Below are positions 40,377 through 54,164 of a stretch of 64,000 bases of DNA, piece after piece. A model generated the notes under the pieces. The model was not told the origin of the DNA. It was given only the letters and a program-made list of their open reading frames with translations, and searched no databases. A program made the translations under genes and the position numbers. This DNA comes from Paraphysomonas bandaiensis (taxonomy: Eukaryota > Protista > Chrysophyceae): assembly GCA_965644295.1 (NCBI GenBank), contig CBFFRP010000461.1, positions 1 through 64,000 on the forward strand. Reading direction: 5' to 3'. How positions within the stretch are numbered: position 1 is the stretch's first letter; each line of letters opens with the position of its first letter.

Positions 40377-41972
40377 GGGAAATATTATTCAACCTAGTCA
40401 AATTGGTTGAATTACCTAGTCACACTATTTTTGGTTGAATAACCTAGTCAAAGTAATAAACGATTCAACCTAGTCATTTTTAGTTATAAACCTAGTCATA
40501 AAATGTACTCACATATAACTACGCATTAAAGAACAATGAAGTCACACAGCAGGTAAAAAGTGAAACCAACGCAGCATAGATCAGGTCAAAGCAGAGTTAG
40601 AGTATACAACAAGAGATATTTCATAGTAGCATAGACAGAACTCCACCGCTCAAGTAGCATAAACAGGAATAATCTCTGCTTCGTTCTCTGAACAGAATAT
40701 CCATATATTTCTTCAAGTTCCCTTCTAACCAAACGTCATGAAATCTTGCCGTCTGGGGGGTTATCAGTGTCACATATATTTATATCAATTACAATGCACA
40801 GATATGACAACTAAACAACATACTCAAATGATTGGTTACGAAACCAAAACGCATCTTGAAAGGATTTGCAGTTCGTCCGATATATCGTAGCTGAAAGATT
40901 CTGCCTGTCCAAGATACTTGCTCCCCATCATAGGAAATATTACTGGCTCGGAGAGCATCTAAACACACCTACCAACATCAATAAGAAGTACACATTTTTA
41001 TAAGCTGCTTGAAGGAGTGTAGCTTATATATCATATATATTCTAGTTATAGATTAATACTCATGGAATCCCCCAGTCAGTTGTCACAGTCTGCGGAAGAA
41101 GAAGAGCTGATCAACGAGGTTGTTGACAAAACTCCAGATACATCATCAGATCTTCCAAGTTCCTTGGAAAAACGACCATTTTTATCTTCAGACGAAGAAG
41201 ATACTGGCGATTCTGATGACGAAGAAAGTGATTTTGAGGAGCCCATCTTCACGCCTCCTAAGAAAAAACGGGGATTTCAGTGGCACAGAATTTCGGGAAA
41301 AAAAGCTCTCGAAAGTTTTGTAAGAGGCCACAGCTGGTACAGTCCCCTTAGAAATGGTGTCGTGCGGAAGTGTGTTGCTCACCGCGATTGTGAGCACTAT
41401 GTTAAACTGCTTACAAATGGAGAGCTCTACGAGCGAGGTGCACACAGCACCTCACCGAATATAAATGTGTCCACGTTAAGGGGTATTTCCCCCCTTATTA
41501 TAGATGAAGTGGATGAAAAGCTTCGAGGTGGCCTGAAGCCCACCTTCATTCAAAACTTTTACAAGAACCACGACGTGTCGGTTCTCGGATGCCCCTGATG
41601 ACATACTTCCACACCCTAAGATTGTTGGGTTCGATGTCCATGAAATGAAGGAGGCTGTCGAACTTCACCGGACTTGGTCACGAGAAACTGCGCATTTCTC
41701 GTTCGATTGCGAAGACGAAATGTGATGCATTGCATGTGTACAATAGATGCATTTGCATTAATTGATGGCTAGAGTATGCTCCCATGTTTGAGTAGAAGTT
41801 ATTATTTTTGACTAGGTGAATACCTTAAAACACCTAGTCAACCTAGTCATTGTAAACTGAAAATATGAATTATTAAATGACTAGGTTTTTCACCTACTTG
41901 ACTAGGTTTTTACACCAATTTTGGTGTGACTAGGTAGTTCAACCATTTTGACTAGGTTGAATAATACATCCC
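40377..41972 (+). mobile_element. Non-autonomous MULE (internal deletion derivative, 1596 bp)
   Basis: TIRs GGGAAATATTATTCAACCTAGTCAAA / reverse complement GGGATGTATTATTCAACCTAGTCAAA; perfect 10-bp TSD ATACTTGAAT (40367-40376, 41973-41982). Confidence 0.92.
41062..41598 (+). pseudogene. N-terminal fragment of the probable MULE transposase
   Basis: Acidic region, PPKKKR NLS-like motif, C-x5-C...H zinc-finger-like motif; joined out of frame near 41574 to a C-terminal fragment homologous to ORF 4511-4882. Confidence 0.6.
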
Positions 41973-42258
41973 ATACTTGAATATTTCCAAGCCGCTGAAT
42001 ATATGCTATTGGCATGTTGCGTGCTGAGGTTAAGTGTATACTGTCCCTTATACTGTCACACAACAATTATGATTACGTAATAAAATAAAATGATAAAGTG
42101 ACGGTGTACAAACATCCAAGCTTCTATGAAATAAGATTTACAACTAGTCTTAGTGTTTAGTGAGATGTATACACTTCGTATTAGTTAGAAGATAAAACTT
42201 GTAATAAACTCCATATAAGTAACGAAGCCTAATGATCTAATGATGTAACATATTATAT

Positions 42259-42703
42259 ATTGAAAGTCTTACTATTAGCAATAGGCGTTAAGAATCTGCA
42301 CCGATGAATGCTAGTCAAGCTAGTTAGACTTCTACCTGTAACTAATCAGTACAAACGCTATTATCGTACTATTTAACGTTACGGAAACTGCTTGTGTGTC
42401 GCCACAAGCACCAAGGTGCAACCACTTCCGCTCTGAGTTCTTAAGGTGAACATTCCGGATGCTAGCCTTCAGCAGGCAGCCCAATACTCTTGTTACCCTT
42501 CAGGTGGGCTCATTTCCGGATGCCTGTTTATTCGTCAGTGCCCAAAGACGTCTACACAAGTGGCACTTATTGGTGTCCTTTGTACCACACAAGCATTCGG
42601 CTTTGAATGGGCAGAACAATATCTGTTGACTATGTTTGCGGCTCACGTTAGTTTCCCAGTGTGAATCTCTCCGGTACTTATCCCCCAGAACAGAACACCA
42701 CGA
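42259..42703. repeat. Dispersed repeat family A, copy 2
   Basis: Colinear with 5438-5923. Confidence 0.75.
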
Positions 42704-42873
42704 TGTTGTGTTTTGCTGTTTGTGAGCAATTAAAAAAATACAGTAGTAGCTAACTGTATTATGAGAACCAATGAAATGATAGCCATTGTAGACTTTGTTC
42801 TGCTCTTTGGTTGAAAATACAGTCCAACTAAAAGTTACACCTTGCTAGCTCTCACGCCACTCCATGCGTTTGT

Positions 42874-42938
42874 TGTAGGACTATCCACCTACATACAGAA
42901 GGTATAATACCTTCTGTATGTAGGTGGATAGTCCTACA
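42874..42938. repeat. Perfect 32-bp-arm palindrome with 1-nt spacer
   Basis: TGTAGGACTATCCACCTACATACAGAAGGTAT-A-ATACCTTCTGTATGTAGGTGGATAGTCCTACA. Confidence 0.95.
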
Positions 42939-44530
42939 CTGTTGAGGCCGTGACTCCATTCTACCGGACTCAGCTGCTGTGTGTACTACACCACAATGCA
43001 GATGAGTCTCTTGTCAACTCCATCGACTCACTTCCTCAAACTAATTCAGTTTTATCATGCGCCTGCACCTCTGCAGCACCGCTATACGTACCCTCCTACC
43101 ACCTCATTCGAGGCAGGTATCTACGAACCCGAACCTCAATCTTTGCCCTGGCTGCATATTGGGTTCACACGGTGGATTCTATGGAGCTTTGAAACTCTTT
43201 AAAGCGTGAGTGCAGCCTCATGATGTATGACTACTCTAGTGCTGTTTGAGCCAATTCTGTAACCCTAGGGGTGTATGCAGTAGTGGTTTTAGTAGAGAGG
43301 AGATACATACAACAACTGTGGTAGAAGCAACATTAAGATAAGAACATCAAAAGACAACATGATTATTAGATTCAATAAGGGGGAATGATCTAGCTACAGG
43401 TCGTTTGTCTGTTTAATAAGAGTAGACGTATCAACAATAAGTATGAGTTTCCTTGTCATAATATGTCATATAACTAAATATAGAATGCAGTTATAATAGT
43501 AATAGACCTACTTGAGATATAGAATATATACAAGCATAATAAGTGTATAAGACAGAAGCAGAAGTAGTATAGGATACCTGGTAATGGAAGTACATACTAC
43601 ATGACTCGTGGACCTGTACTTAGATATCTCAACTTTTCATTTCTTAATTTTTTGAGCAGACTGAAGTATATATAGTCCAATGTATTGCAATACAATATAT
43701 TGTTTCCTAGCCCTTGGATACCCAATAGCTGGTGCCGTTATTACATTTGACGGATATCATTTTTCAACTTCCTTAAAGTAGCTAACATACCTGAAGGTTG
43801 GCCTTCTTGTGTAGCATAATCAATGACCCATAATCAATTACAGTATACAAAGCATCTTTTGCTTCATGAGAACTTCTAGTCCTCCATCACGTGCGCATTA
43901 GACATAAGTCTGTTTGTAAGCTCATCCACTTTAAGATCGATGACGTCTGGATTATCTTTAGCAAGTACCCAGTTGACCAGCTGCTTATCACTGAGTGCTC
44001 CACAAGTTTTGTTGTTACCAGAGTTTAAGGGTTCGTGTCTTCCTGCTTCCAGGCTCACGACGCTTCATTGTTCCTTCAATTCTTATTATTATCTCCTGCT
44101 AGCATTGAGTACACTACAGTAATGATCCAGCAGGAGCATCATAGTTGCGGATAGATTCTGGAGTCTGCTTGGATTTTGGAGCAATTTCTGGTTTTCTTTC
44201 ATTTTTATGTGATTTTCCGGGTTTTTTAGTCTTTGGCTTTTCTAAATTGGGCTGAATGAAATACAATATCTGGATATTCGGTATGGAATAGAAAATAGGT
44301 GTTTTCTATAGTGAAGCGAAAAATAAGGATTTTGTAGAATGGTAATCTCATTTTCCTGGAGTTTTACACCAAAACTACCTATTTTCTAAGTAGCTCTACT
44401 CATTTATTATACTGAAATTTGTACAGATATATACTACATGGACACCATCCCACACCATCCCACCCATAGCGTTCCATAGACACACAGGGCTGCATTAACA
44501 AGCAAGCAATTATACATATATATTGCACTA

Positions 44531-46452
44531 ATGGTTGATACAGACTCAGGGGGTGTCTCCTACATGGATTGGGATACTGTATTTAACGTAGGGATGGTTG
44601 TGGCATGCATAACATGTGCTGGTCTAGGTGCGTCGATCTCATACATACATACACATCTCACTTATATACATATACAACAGCGGCAGGTCTGACTATGGGT
44701 CTTTTATCACTTGAAAAAAGATCTCTTGAAGTTAAAACTATGATAGCGCATCCTGAAGAGGCAGCAGCAGCAAGCGCAGTGCTTCCTATAATACAAAAAC
44801 ATCATCTGCTGCTGGTCACGTTACTCTTATGTAACGCAATAGCTAATGAAGCATTACCCATATTTCTTGAAGAACTTGTACCTAATTATGTTGCTGTGAT
44901 ACTATCTGTTACACTTGTATTAATATGTGGAGAAGTAAGTTCTAATCATGGCGCCCATGTTATATTCTCATGAGTTTTTCAGATTATTCCATCTGCACTG
45001 TTCACTGGACCAAACCAGCTGATGATTGTTGCCTCACTCAGGCGAGTGGTGAACTTTCTTATGTATGTTATGTACCCGGTTGCTTTCCCTATCAGTAAAG
45101 TGTTGGATTGGGCATTTGGAGAGGAGGAGGAAGAGTTCATTTCGAGGAACGAATTTGAGGCACTCATGATTCTACAGAGTCCTAGTCACAAAAATGAGTT
45201 CGCCCAAGGGTCGTTATGTAGAATCGAGAGGTCAGTGTGATGCTGAACGCATCTTTGTATTTTGAACTCACTATTTTGTATCCCAGTGACTGTTCTCCGG
45301 ACTGTGACAGTGCCGCACCACCACGAAGAGCACCGCATAAACTCAGTCGTGATGAGGTTCATGTTTCTACTGTATCACTGTATTGTCGTTAAGAGTTATA
45401 TCCGTAGGTCGGAATTATGACTGGTGTTCTTAGACTTTCACAATTAACTGCTGGGGACGCTATGATCCGCATCAAAGATGTATGCATGATATCGTCCGAT
45501 ATGACGTTAGATGAGCGGTGAAGTGTTGTTCTGGCATGTGCGTATGTGTCAATAAACTACTATTCCAGGTGCCTACAGCTCATTCAGGAGCAAGGATACT
45601 CTAGAATTCCAGTCTTCAATGAAAAGAACAGAAAATTTATTATGGGAATCCTTTTGGTGAAAGAACTTATTGTGGTGAGACCTGGCGTTTGGTATTGTTT
45701 TGCGTTGGTGGTCCGTGTATGTGTCTATCGACGCAACGTATAAGTACAGTAGACGGCGTGCTAAGTTTTTCTTTAGGTGAACCCATCTCTAAAACGCCCT
45801 TTAGTTAGTCTCCCGTTGCGGGAACCGGTTGTGATCCATCCAGATGAGGATTTACTAGAAGTACTCAACATCTTCCAGGAAGGAAAGTCGCATATGGCAC
45901 TGGTATCGGCGGATCCCGAGACCACTCTACGATGTATACAGCAGAAAGTGTGTAACTTTATTTAATACGGTATTGATCTCACATTATTTGAATGTGTGAT
46001 AGACTCCACCCACTACCCACGAAGCAGAGGTGCTTGGCATAATAACTCTAGAGAATGTGCTGGAAAAGATAATACAGGAGGAAATATACGATGAGATGGA
46101 TACGAATGCCACTTCACGACGTAGCAGGAAGAGTATCAAGGTGATCTCGCGTGCATCTCTTGCAGAGCCACACCTACACCGCATAGTCCCACATACATTG
46201 AGACGTAGTGCATCTGGGAAGGTCCCGAAAAAGGACGGAGAGACAACTCCACTAGTGGATAAAACTACATCTGGTTATGGTACTCGACCTAGGCGTGATT
46301 CAAAATCTGCACTTCCTGTCCAACTGAACCCCAAAACAAATGAGAGAAAGATAAGAATTCGTCACTACAAGTCGGATGTTATTGACACTGCAAATATGGA
46401 GAAAAAGAAAGTAGAAGACATTGTCCCGTACTATGATGATTCTTTTGTTTAG
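44531..46452 (+). CDS. CNNM/DUF21 + CBS-pair metal transporter (multi-exon)
   Basis: AGLTMGLLSL, HLLLVTLLLCNAIANEALPIFL, GEIIPSA, GYSRIPVF, EGKSHMALV, GIITLENVLEKIIQEEIYDE across GT-AG exons; start uncertain. Confidence 0.9.
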
Positions 46453-46805
46453 GCATATTGTATTTCTATTTTAGTAGGACGACACACATTTATTTGAGGT
46501 GTTAACTCATGGATGACGCTTGATAAGGACAGTGAGCTGAGTTATTCGGTGTATACTTCGTTCTTATTTGATTGTTGTAGTGTTGTATGTTTTTCATATA
46601 ACTAATAGTACTGATCAAAGTTACTACGATATACTATATTGCAATAGTATTGTTGGGCTAGTTCCAAAACCTCCATCAAAGAATTGCAATGAATCTAACA
46701 CTACTACAGGTTACAAGAAAGTATTCAATATGCAATATTAACATATTACATTTACATTTCTCATTGAAAGAGCGTAACAATATTTGCACATGTAATAATG
46801 TCTAT

Positions 46806-48769
46806 TTAATTTCGCTGTTCCAATCGTTCAGTTTTCCAGTGAACTATGGTTTCTTTGTGTTCGTCTACATACTGCCACTTTGAATCTACCAAAAATCTAA
46901 ACGTGTTCATTATGCACACTATGTGCTCGAGATTCGAGAAATATTTCATTTCCACTTCCGGATTTACTGTCTCACTGGAATGGCCTTGACTCCTCGTCCT
47001 TATAATACCGCTGTCGAAAAGTTCCTTTATCTTTTTCACATCCGTTCCGCTGGAATAGAGAAAAATATATTAGGTTGGGGTTACGTTGGTGCATTCTACA
47101 TACCTGCTATCAGAAAGTACTTCCTGATAGTACTCTCTGCCGCGCACAGTACAAGCTGCTGCTAGCCTTACTTCTACAGCAGCTAAAGGAAATGCACTAT
47201 CGCACTGTTGAACAGACTTAGCTGAATTTAAAACTTCTTCGAGCATTGCGATTAACTCTTCCAGCATACGCATACGGTACCTACAAAAAAATGTGAGAAT
47301 GAGAACGTCTCAAATTATATAATAGTGCACCCTACTTGGACATATGCTTCCTCACAATATTATCTACACAACCGTCATCGTTGTCGGCGGAGACATGAAC
47401 TTTGTTGTTACGAAACAGTGGTTTACTACTAGTAGTTTCAGCATGCACGGTTGGTCGGAGATTGGAAGGGATAAAGTAGTAACCCTCTCCTGGGACTTGT
47501 GTTAGAAGAATGTTGATGATATCCTCACAAAATAGAACATCTGCTCTAGAATCCAACCACTCCATCAATAGAGAGGCGCTAGTACGGATAGCAGAAAGAG
47601 AGTTCTCCATAGGACATTCAACAAGGCACTTTCTCCAGCATTCCCACAGGCCACTGTTCGCATCATTCCTGTATCTCCCGAGTTCCATATCACTCCACTG
47701 ATCCTTCCCACTCCCACACACTGCGTCGCAAAGATCATTCGCGGTCACTGAACCAGCAAACTTCCTTAATGAATCCACAGTAATGCGTACCACTGAAGGG
47801 AGTACAACATAGTGGGTGCCAGCAGGATGGTGCGCATCGAGTTGACAAAGCATTTCGTCAGCAACAGACATGTCTATTGTTTTCATAGCTCGGTTATCAG
47901 TAGAATTTGGGAATACGCTCGTCTGATAACCATAAGCGCGCTCGAACTCTGTTATAAACGCCAGTTGGGTTGCAGTTTGTACTGTACCAGGCCTATGCGG
48001 ATATATGAGCAATTTAAGTAATATACGTTCACAACTATTATACCTCTTGGACCTCACTAGCTTAACGGCTTCTTCTGCTGATATGCCTTTCCTCGCCATA
48101 ACAAGACATGCAACTACGATACCCGTACGACCGAAGCCAGCGTGACAATGGACAGCAACCTGCAATATAATCTAAAGCACAGTACAATACAATCAGAAAA
48201 GGTTAAACCTTCCCGCCTTCTACTAGTTCTGCCATACAAACTCGGATGATGTTTTGAGTCATTGAAATAGAAGGGGCAGTCATATCTCGCCACGCAAAGT
48301 TAAAATGCTTTACTGAAATAACAGTTAGTTGTTCTATATTATACAAGGTATCGGTATTCATACTTCCTACTCCCATAAGTTTTTCTGGTGAATACGGAAA
48401 TCCTGAGGGCTTTAGACCAAATCCACAAAAAGGATGTTCTCCAGGCTCTGTTAAATTGACGACAGCAGTAATATTTGATGATCTAAACTGATCGAGAAGA
48501 TTAATAGTTTCGAACAGCTCATCTGCGGGTCGTTGCATAGCTAATATTTCATCTGTAATCCAATTACAATGAAACTTCTCTATAGCTGGATTAATAGCGA
48601 TAAGATAAGCATCTTTTCCACAACGTTTGCAGAGTACTCCACGACAAAATGTGCATCTCACTGTCTCTTTTAACTCCCACTTCCTTGGACGACATATGAA
48701 CCTTCCTTTCTCTGATGAACTCTCTTTTTGAGATAAGTTCTTACTACTGTTATTAGATTCAACACTCAT
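46806..48769 (-). CDS. PTPDC1: Protein tyrosine/dual-specificity phosphatase, PTPDC1-like (multi-exon)
   Basis: NWITDEILAMQRP, NLTEPGEHPFCG, FAWRDM, catalytic VHCHAGFGRTG, RPGTVQT. Confidence 0.85.
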
Positions 48770-49946
48770 TGTTGCAGTTGATGATGGATATGCCCTTAAT
48801 GGGCTTATAGATGATCTCACTGCACTGCTTGACTATGAAAATGTTTGTGTGGATTGAGAGGGAAGTTACAGCAATACTTATAGGGAATACAGTAGTATAC
48901 AGTCAATGTAGTTTTGATTGAGGGGTGGATAATGGTGGATATGTATGTATAGTTACGCTGTAGGGACAAAAAAAACTGAAGAATCTTCTTGCATGTTATT
49001 CCACTCGCCAAATTATCAGAATACAGTGAAATATACTGCCGTATACCGTGTATATACCCAGTCGTTTCATTCGCCAAATTACTAGAATACAGTGAGGTAT
49101 ACTGACGTATACCGTATATCTACTATAGATATGATGGAGTGAGGAAAGATACTGCCGCTACTCGTGCATGCGTGCTCTCTCACGCTCTCAGTAACCTGCA
49201 TAAATCACTGGTACCATGCCTGAATTTGAGATTTGCAGCTAATAGCTACTGTCATTGTCACTTACTTGAACAGTCATCAATTCGAAAAGATGTGTGCAGT
49301 ATGGAGCGATTGCAAGGTAACACGGTGGTGAATATACCAGTGTAGGTCAAAGTGTTAAGTGTACATTTTATAAATATATTTTGGGCTGACTGAAGAGAGT
49401 GATGTATGCTATCTAAAGTGCTGGTAGTTTTCAGACGGATGGGTTAGTGGAAGTTTCTCTGGAAAGCTTGTGAAATTGTGAAAACTACAACGTACAACAA
49501 CAAGTAAATTCAATGTGTCATCATCATGATTGCTTTTGCCAAAATAGTTATATTTAACAACGGGAAATAAGAAGACTGTATCGTTCCGCGCGAAAAATTA
49601 GACAGGGGATTATACTCCTTATCCGCAGGTTAAATTGTAGCATATCCTAATGATGTAGCTAATTGTAGTTTGCTTGCTGTAAGAATAAGTAGGTGTTCCC
49701 TGTTTAACATTAAGAAAAATAATGAAAACTCATATTACTTCGAATTAATGGTATATATTTTGTATGCTTAGGGGATAGGGGATAGCAAATGCACTAGATC
49801 AACTCAAAACAATAAACTCCCATGTTTCTATGCTTTTCTACCAAACTATGTGATTAGGCAAGTGTACTTCTACCACAGAAGGATACTGAGGGAGTTGTAA
49901 TTAGTACGTAAGTGTGATAAAGGATGTGAAAGTTGTAGCCGCATTG

Positions 49947-50228
49947 CAGGGATAGGGAACAATATATTGTATTGGAATACATTGCACAATATATTGCAAT
50001 ATATTGTAAAATATATTGATTGGTGGACTGGTCAAATATTCCATCAATAGTGTTTCTGTTAAAAGAGCTCACAATACTATTGCAATACATTGCAATCAAT
50101 ATTATGATAGTCATATAAGAGAAGATTCTCAACTGTAGGGTGCAAAATGGATATAAATAACCGAGAAATTGATTACAACATTACGACGGATAATGAAGCT
50201 GATGTTGACAATGCGACTAAAAATCTTC
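49947..50228. repeat. hAT-like MITE fragment, near-identical to 52625-52892
   Basis: Starts CAGGGATAGGGAACAATATATTG; CAATATATTGCA motif family also at about 6030, 6320, 43690 and 58210-58690. Confidence 0.7.
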
Positions 50229-50612
50229 AGTATGAGTCATCACTATGCATGACTTTTATATATGCAATTCGCGCAGATTCTAGTAGGAGCATGTGTACCT
50301 TCCCATTATTACCTAAGAAAGGTTACGCGGGGATTCTCGTGACCATGCATGACTCAGTATAGGTCTAGTGTGACATGACCACCCCCCCCTCCTCTAGAAT
50401 GCGCGGGGTTCCGTAATCTCATATAGGCTATGCAGGTATAGTGTAGATCTAGCTAGAGCTTTCTTGATGTCAACACACGAAAAATACGCTGAGATTTTTA
50501 TTAATAATCTATACGTTACTTGGCTTAGTCAACACTAACACTTCACTAGGGTACGCTCTCAGAATGGGGCAAAAATAAACTACTAAAACGAAACACATTA
50601 CTAAAATAAATG

Positions 50613-51719
50613 CTATATCATACCCATTCTCAGAAGACTAGCCCTCAACTCTGCTATCTCCTTTTCCTTCTCAGCAAGTATGCTATCCTTCTCAGCAAGT
50701 ATGCTATCCTTCTCAGCAAGTATGCTATCCTTCTCTGCAAGTGTGCTATCCTTCTCTGCAAGTGTGCTATGCAAACGTTCAATGGTTCGCTCCTGTTCCC
50801 GCTGTTTCTCCAATGTATCAAAAAATGACGTTATCTTACCGGCTATATAACTATCAAACATAGAATAAGATGCTTGCATTTTCTCTTCTGTAATTGTTCC
50901 AGATAAATTCGGAAATATGGCACTGAATAGATATTCCACAACCACCTTGGAATTAAATGTGGCTTTGTGATTCATATGAAACATCAGTGGTTCAGCCAAC
51001 TCAATATCAATGCCGGACATCAAATCAGCTCCTTTAGACTTCGCACATGCAAATATCCATGTGTATCCATCCGTGTAAGCCCCCCACACGTCTTCAAATG
51101 AACCTTTCAATCGATTATTTTCCACACTCACACTAAGCTGTGCATAGAACTGATATATCTCATTATTTTCATATGAATCAAATATTGATTCTGATGATAT
51201 CAGCTTATGCTTCACTTCTATCACTGATGTGATTACACCATCTGGTTTCGATGGTCTTTGATAAGACGTCACAAATTCCACAGGTCCGTTGGCAGTCTTC
51301 GACTCATTTGACAACTGCATTTCATGATGCACATATGCAGAAACATCTGCAATATCTACTTTGCCACCATCATAATCGTCATCATCGTCGAATCGTATTG
51401 AAATTGCGGCACCCTCAGATTTAACTTTATCAAAAGTTGCGACCAGCGATAGCAATTCATACACTAGAAAGTACATTGTTTTCTCATTTCGTTTGACTAC
51501 ACAACTATCAAATCTAATCTCCAAAGGAATAAAGCGATTCATAAAATAATCAAATGCGTTATTATCTAACTGTACACGCGGCGATAGCGATGGATGACAT
51601 ATCCGAACATGCGGAAATATGTTTGAAAATACAATCGAAGATCGAAATTGGGAGAAGCCACCACAGCGACCCTTTCCAGATTTTCTACTCCCAGAGGATT
51701 GGGTCTCAATATCATCCAT
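50613..51719 (-). CDS. PD-(D/E)xK restriction-endonuclease-fold protein with C-terminal heptad repeats (Crinkler-type REase-like)
   Basis: VIEVK...YQFYAQL...VWGAYTDGYTWIF pattern; (LAEKDS[T/I])n tail; intronless. Confidence 0.65.
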   Translation of the reverse strand: MDDIETQSSGSRKSGKGRCGGFSQFRSSIVFSNIFPHVRICHPSLSPRVQLDNNAFDYFMNRFIPLEIRFDSCVVKRNEKTMYFLVYELLSLVATFDKVKSEGAAISIRFDDDDDYDGGKVDIADVSAYVHHEMQLSNESKTANGPVEFVTSYQRPSKPDGVITSVIEVKHKLISSESIFDSYENNEIYQFYAQLSVSVENNRLKGSFEDVWGAYTDGYTWIFACAKSKGADLMSGIDIELAEPLMFHMNHKATFNSKVVVEYLFSAIFPNLSGTITEEKMQASYSMFDSYIAGKITSFFDTLEKQREQERTIERLHSTLAEKDSTLAEKDSILAEKDSILAEKDSILAEKEKEIAELRASLLRMGMI

Positions 51720-52037
51720 ACTATTAAGTTGTTAGTTCTTATATCTGTCAAGAGAATGAAGCATCAGAGACTACTGGCATACCCTGATGGCACCCAATAA
51801 AATGCCCATTTTAGACCCATGGAATATAATATCCCCATTTTCTAGACCTCAAAAACCCGATTTAAAAAATTTCCGTAAAAAAGGGACACATCATTATTAT
51901 GAGGATCATATACAGCAGTGTGTACCAGCCACCATAATACACACACCATATCCACCTTTTCACAGTCATATTCTACAAAATGGCTTCATACAACATAATC
52001 ACACTCGGTTACCAATAGAGCGTGCTATTATGGATGA

Positions 52038-52234
52038 TGCCCCATACTGACAGCGTAACTAATCACTGCATGCGGCCCTCTAGTGTGTGCGGCTGAGTGT
52101 TGCGACCGCACACCTCTACCTATGTACACATTGCTTAGTTCAGCGCTTCCCGACCCGGGTTCTCACTGAATATTCAGCGCTAAATACCGTGTGATAATGA
52201 TGTAGCTAGTTGGGTTCAGTAGCTAGCAAATAAC
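52038..52234. repeat. Dispersed repeat family B, copy 2
   Basis: Matches 7556-7760. Confidence 0.75.
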
Positions 52235-52624
52235 AAGAGGAGCCCAACTTGCTTCTTAGATTGTAATTGCTTTCCTATCAAATTCAGTGTTATGATGAGT
52301 GTGAGCCCCTTAGATTAACAAGGCACATATGAGAGATCAATTACTCTAAAAGATGTGATAATAACAAAGTTGAGATTGTGAAATTTATTGCCGGATACGT
52401 TGATAAACCGTCGAGAAGTGTGTATTGATTATTGCCCCATTCCGAGGGCGTGGCCATAGTGTAGGCTGGCTGGTGCTCCACCTAAAACACCGAGATATAG
52501 CACTGATTCTACTACCCACCTACCCGTGTACCAACGTAGCTGACCACATAGATCACGTGCAGATTCTGTTGTTCCCCCCAACCTGTGTTAACCTTTGCTG
52601 AGATTACGCGGGATTTCTCATCAC

Positions 52625-52905
52625 CAGGGATAGGGAACAATATATTGATATATTGTATTGCAATATATTGTAAAATATATTGATTGGTGGACTGGTCAAA
52701 TATTCCATCAATAGTGTTTCTGTTAAAAGAGCTCACAATACTATTGCAATACATTGCAATCAATATTATGATAGTCATATAAGAGAAGATTCTCAACTGT
52801 AGGGTGCAAAATGGATATAAATAACCGAGAAATTGATTACAACATTACGACGGATAATGAAGCTGATGTTGACAATGCGACTAAAAATCTTCTTGCCTGG
52901 CCCTG
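52625..52905. repeat. hAT-like MITE (CAGGG...CCCTG)
   Basis: Same sequence as 49947-50228, extended to a CCCTG end; no TSD seen. Confidence 0.6.
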
Positions 52906-53114
52906 GTATGTACTTCCAATACATGGAAACGTCTGTTCAGCACAGCTAAACATATTATATCAGTGTTGCGCAAAAGTATCCATCCTACTTAATATGCTGT
53001 TGTTTCTGAAAGCTACGAAATTGATGATATCATTAGATAGTTAATATCTTAGAACAAAAACTTTCAGATAGTAACACTTCGTTCCCTTATACCCACCAAG
53101 AAACTTGTTAGGCA

Positions 53115-54164
53115 CTACCCAATGCTCTGGAGTTGGGTCCTCAAGCGATTTACAGAGTCCGGTCCGTGCGGAAGGAAAAGCGTACTGTTGTTTGTCTTGT
53201 TTCCCACATCCTTAAGCATATCAAAGTACTGGGTCAGAAGCAGGAGGTCCATTACATCCTTAGCGGATGTCCCTTCAACCTCCGAGGCAAACGATGACAC
53301 GGTATCCTGCAAACTGTCCACGAGAGCTTTACGCTGTCGGGCAATCCCGAGTCCCATAAGATGCTTGCTTTCAGAATCAGCCTCCGCAGCCTTAACAAGC
53401 AGGATTTTTTCGGCATCGGCTTTGTATGAATTTGCCTGTCGTTGTCTCTGGGAGGCTACAATCACGATATCAAACATTTCCCTAGTAGACACAAAGTAAA
53501 TACCGTTTATTTCATTCATTGCATTCTTGACGGCATTGTCTGGATCGAGATCAACAATTAGGACATTAACTATTTTGTACCCATAGTCATCCATAAGATC
53601 AGCGAGTGAGTTCTTCACATCGTCTGCAATCTCTCGTTTCGACAAGAAGGCGCGGTCCAAGTCAAGTTTAGGCAGTGAAGAGCGAATGCCATCGAACACA
53701 TATGATCTGATTTTTCACATTTACTACAGATGGAACTAGTCAATATCAATACACACTACCTAATTTGAGCCTTGTGATCCGATAACTTATAGTAGGCATC
53801 GTACACTTTTTGTGAAATTACGAAATACTATATGCACAGATTGAACTGTAAATTCAGCAGAGGGTACTAAATTTGAATCAATGACTGACCTGTACTGCCA
53901 CAGATACTCTGACAAACACGTTATCTCTCGTCTTAGTGTCACAAGTAATATTCAACTGCTGAACACGAAGCGACATTGTGCCAACAATTCTCTCACATGG
54001 ACATTGAACACACACACATCCCGCTGTACAATATTAGCATTAGTTGGAACTATTACAGTTATGTGCGTTGTACCATTCGACAATCTACTATATTCACCGC
54101 AGCTCTCTATTACTGCAACCTCTGTCTCCTTCACACAGGTAAAACATCCACACTGAAGTGCCAT
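53115..54164 (-). CDS. SPFH/band-7 protein, HIR-like, paralogue 1 (multi-exon)
   Basis: Cys-rich N-terminus, FDGIRSSLPKLDLD, VKNAMNEIN, SAKDVMDLLLLTQYFDMLKDVG, LFLPHGP. Confidence 0.9.

Larger units (their letters stand above)
50549..52455. mobile_element. Possible short-TIR non-autonomous element carrying the REase-fold gene
   Basis: Left motif GGGTACGCTCTCAGAATGGGGCAA; inverted copies at 52038-52060 and 52432-52455 (20/24 match). No clean TSD. Confidence 0.4.

Noticed and set aside
49947-52905. LTR pair flanking a retroelement
   Set aside because: The repeats start CAGGG and belong to a MITE-like family; no TG...CA ends, PBS, PPT or gag/pol between them.
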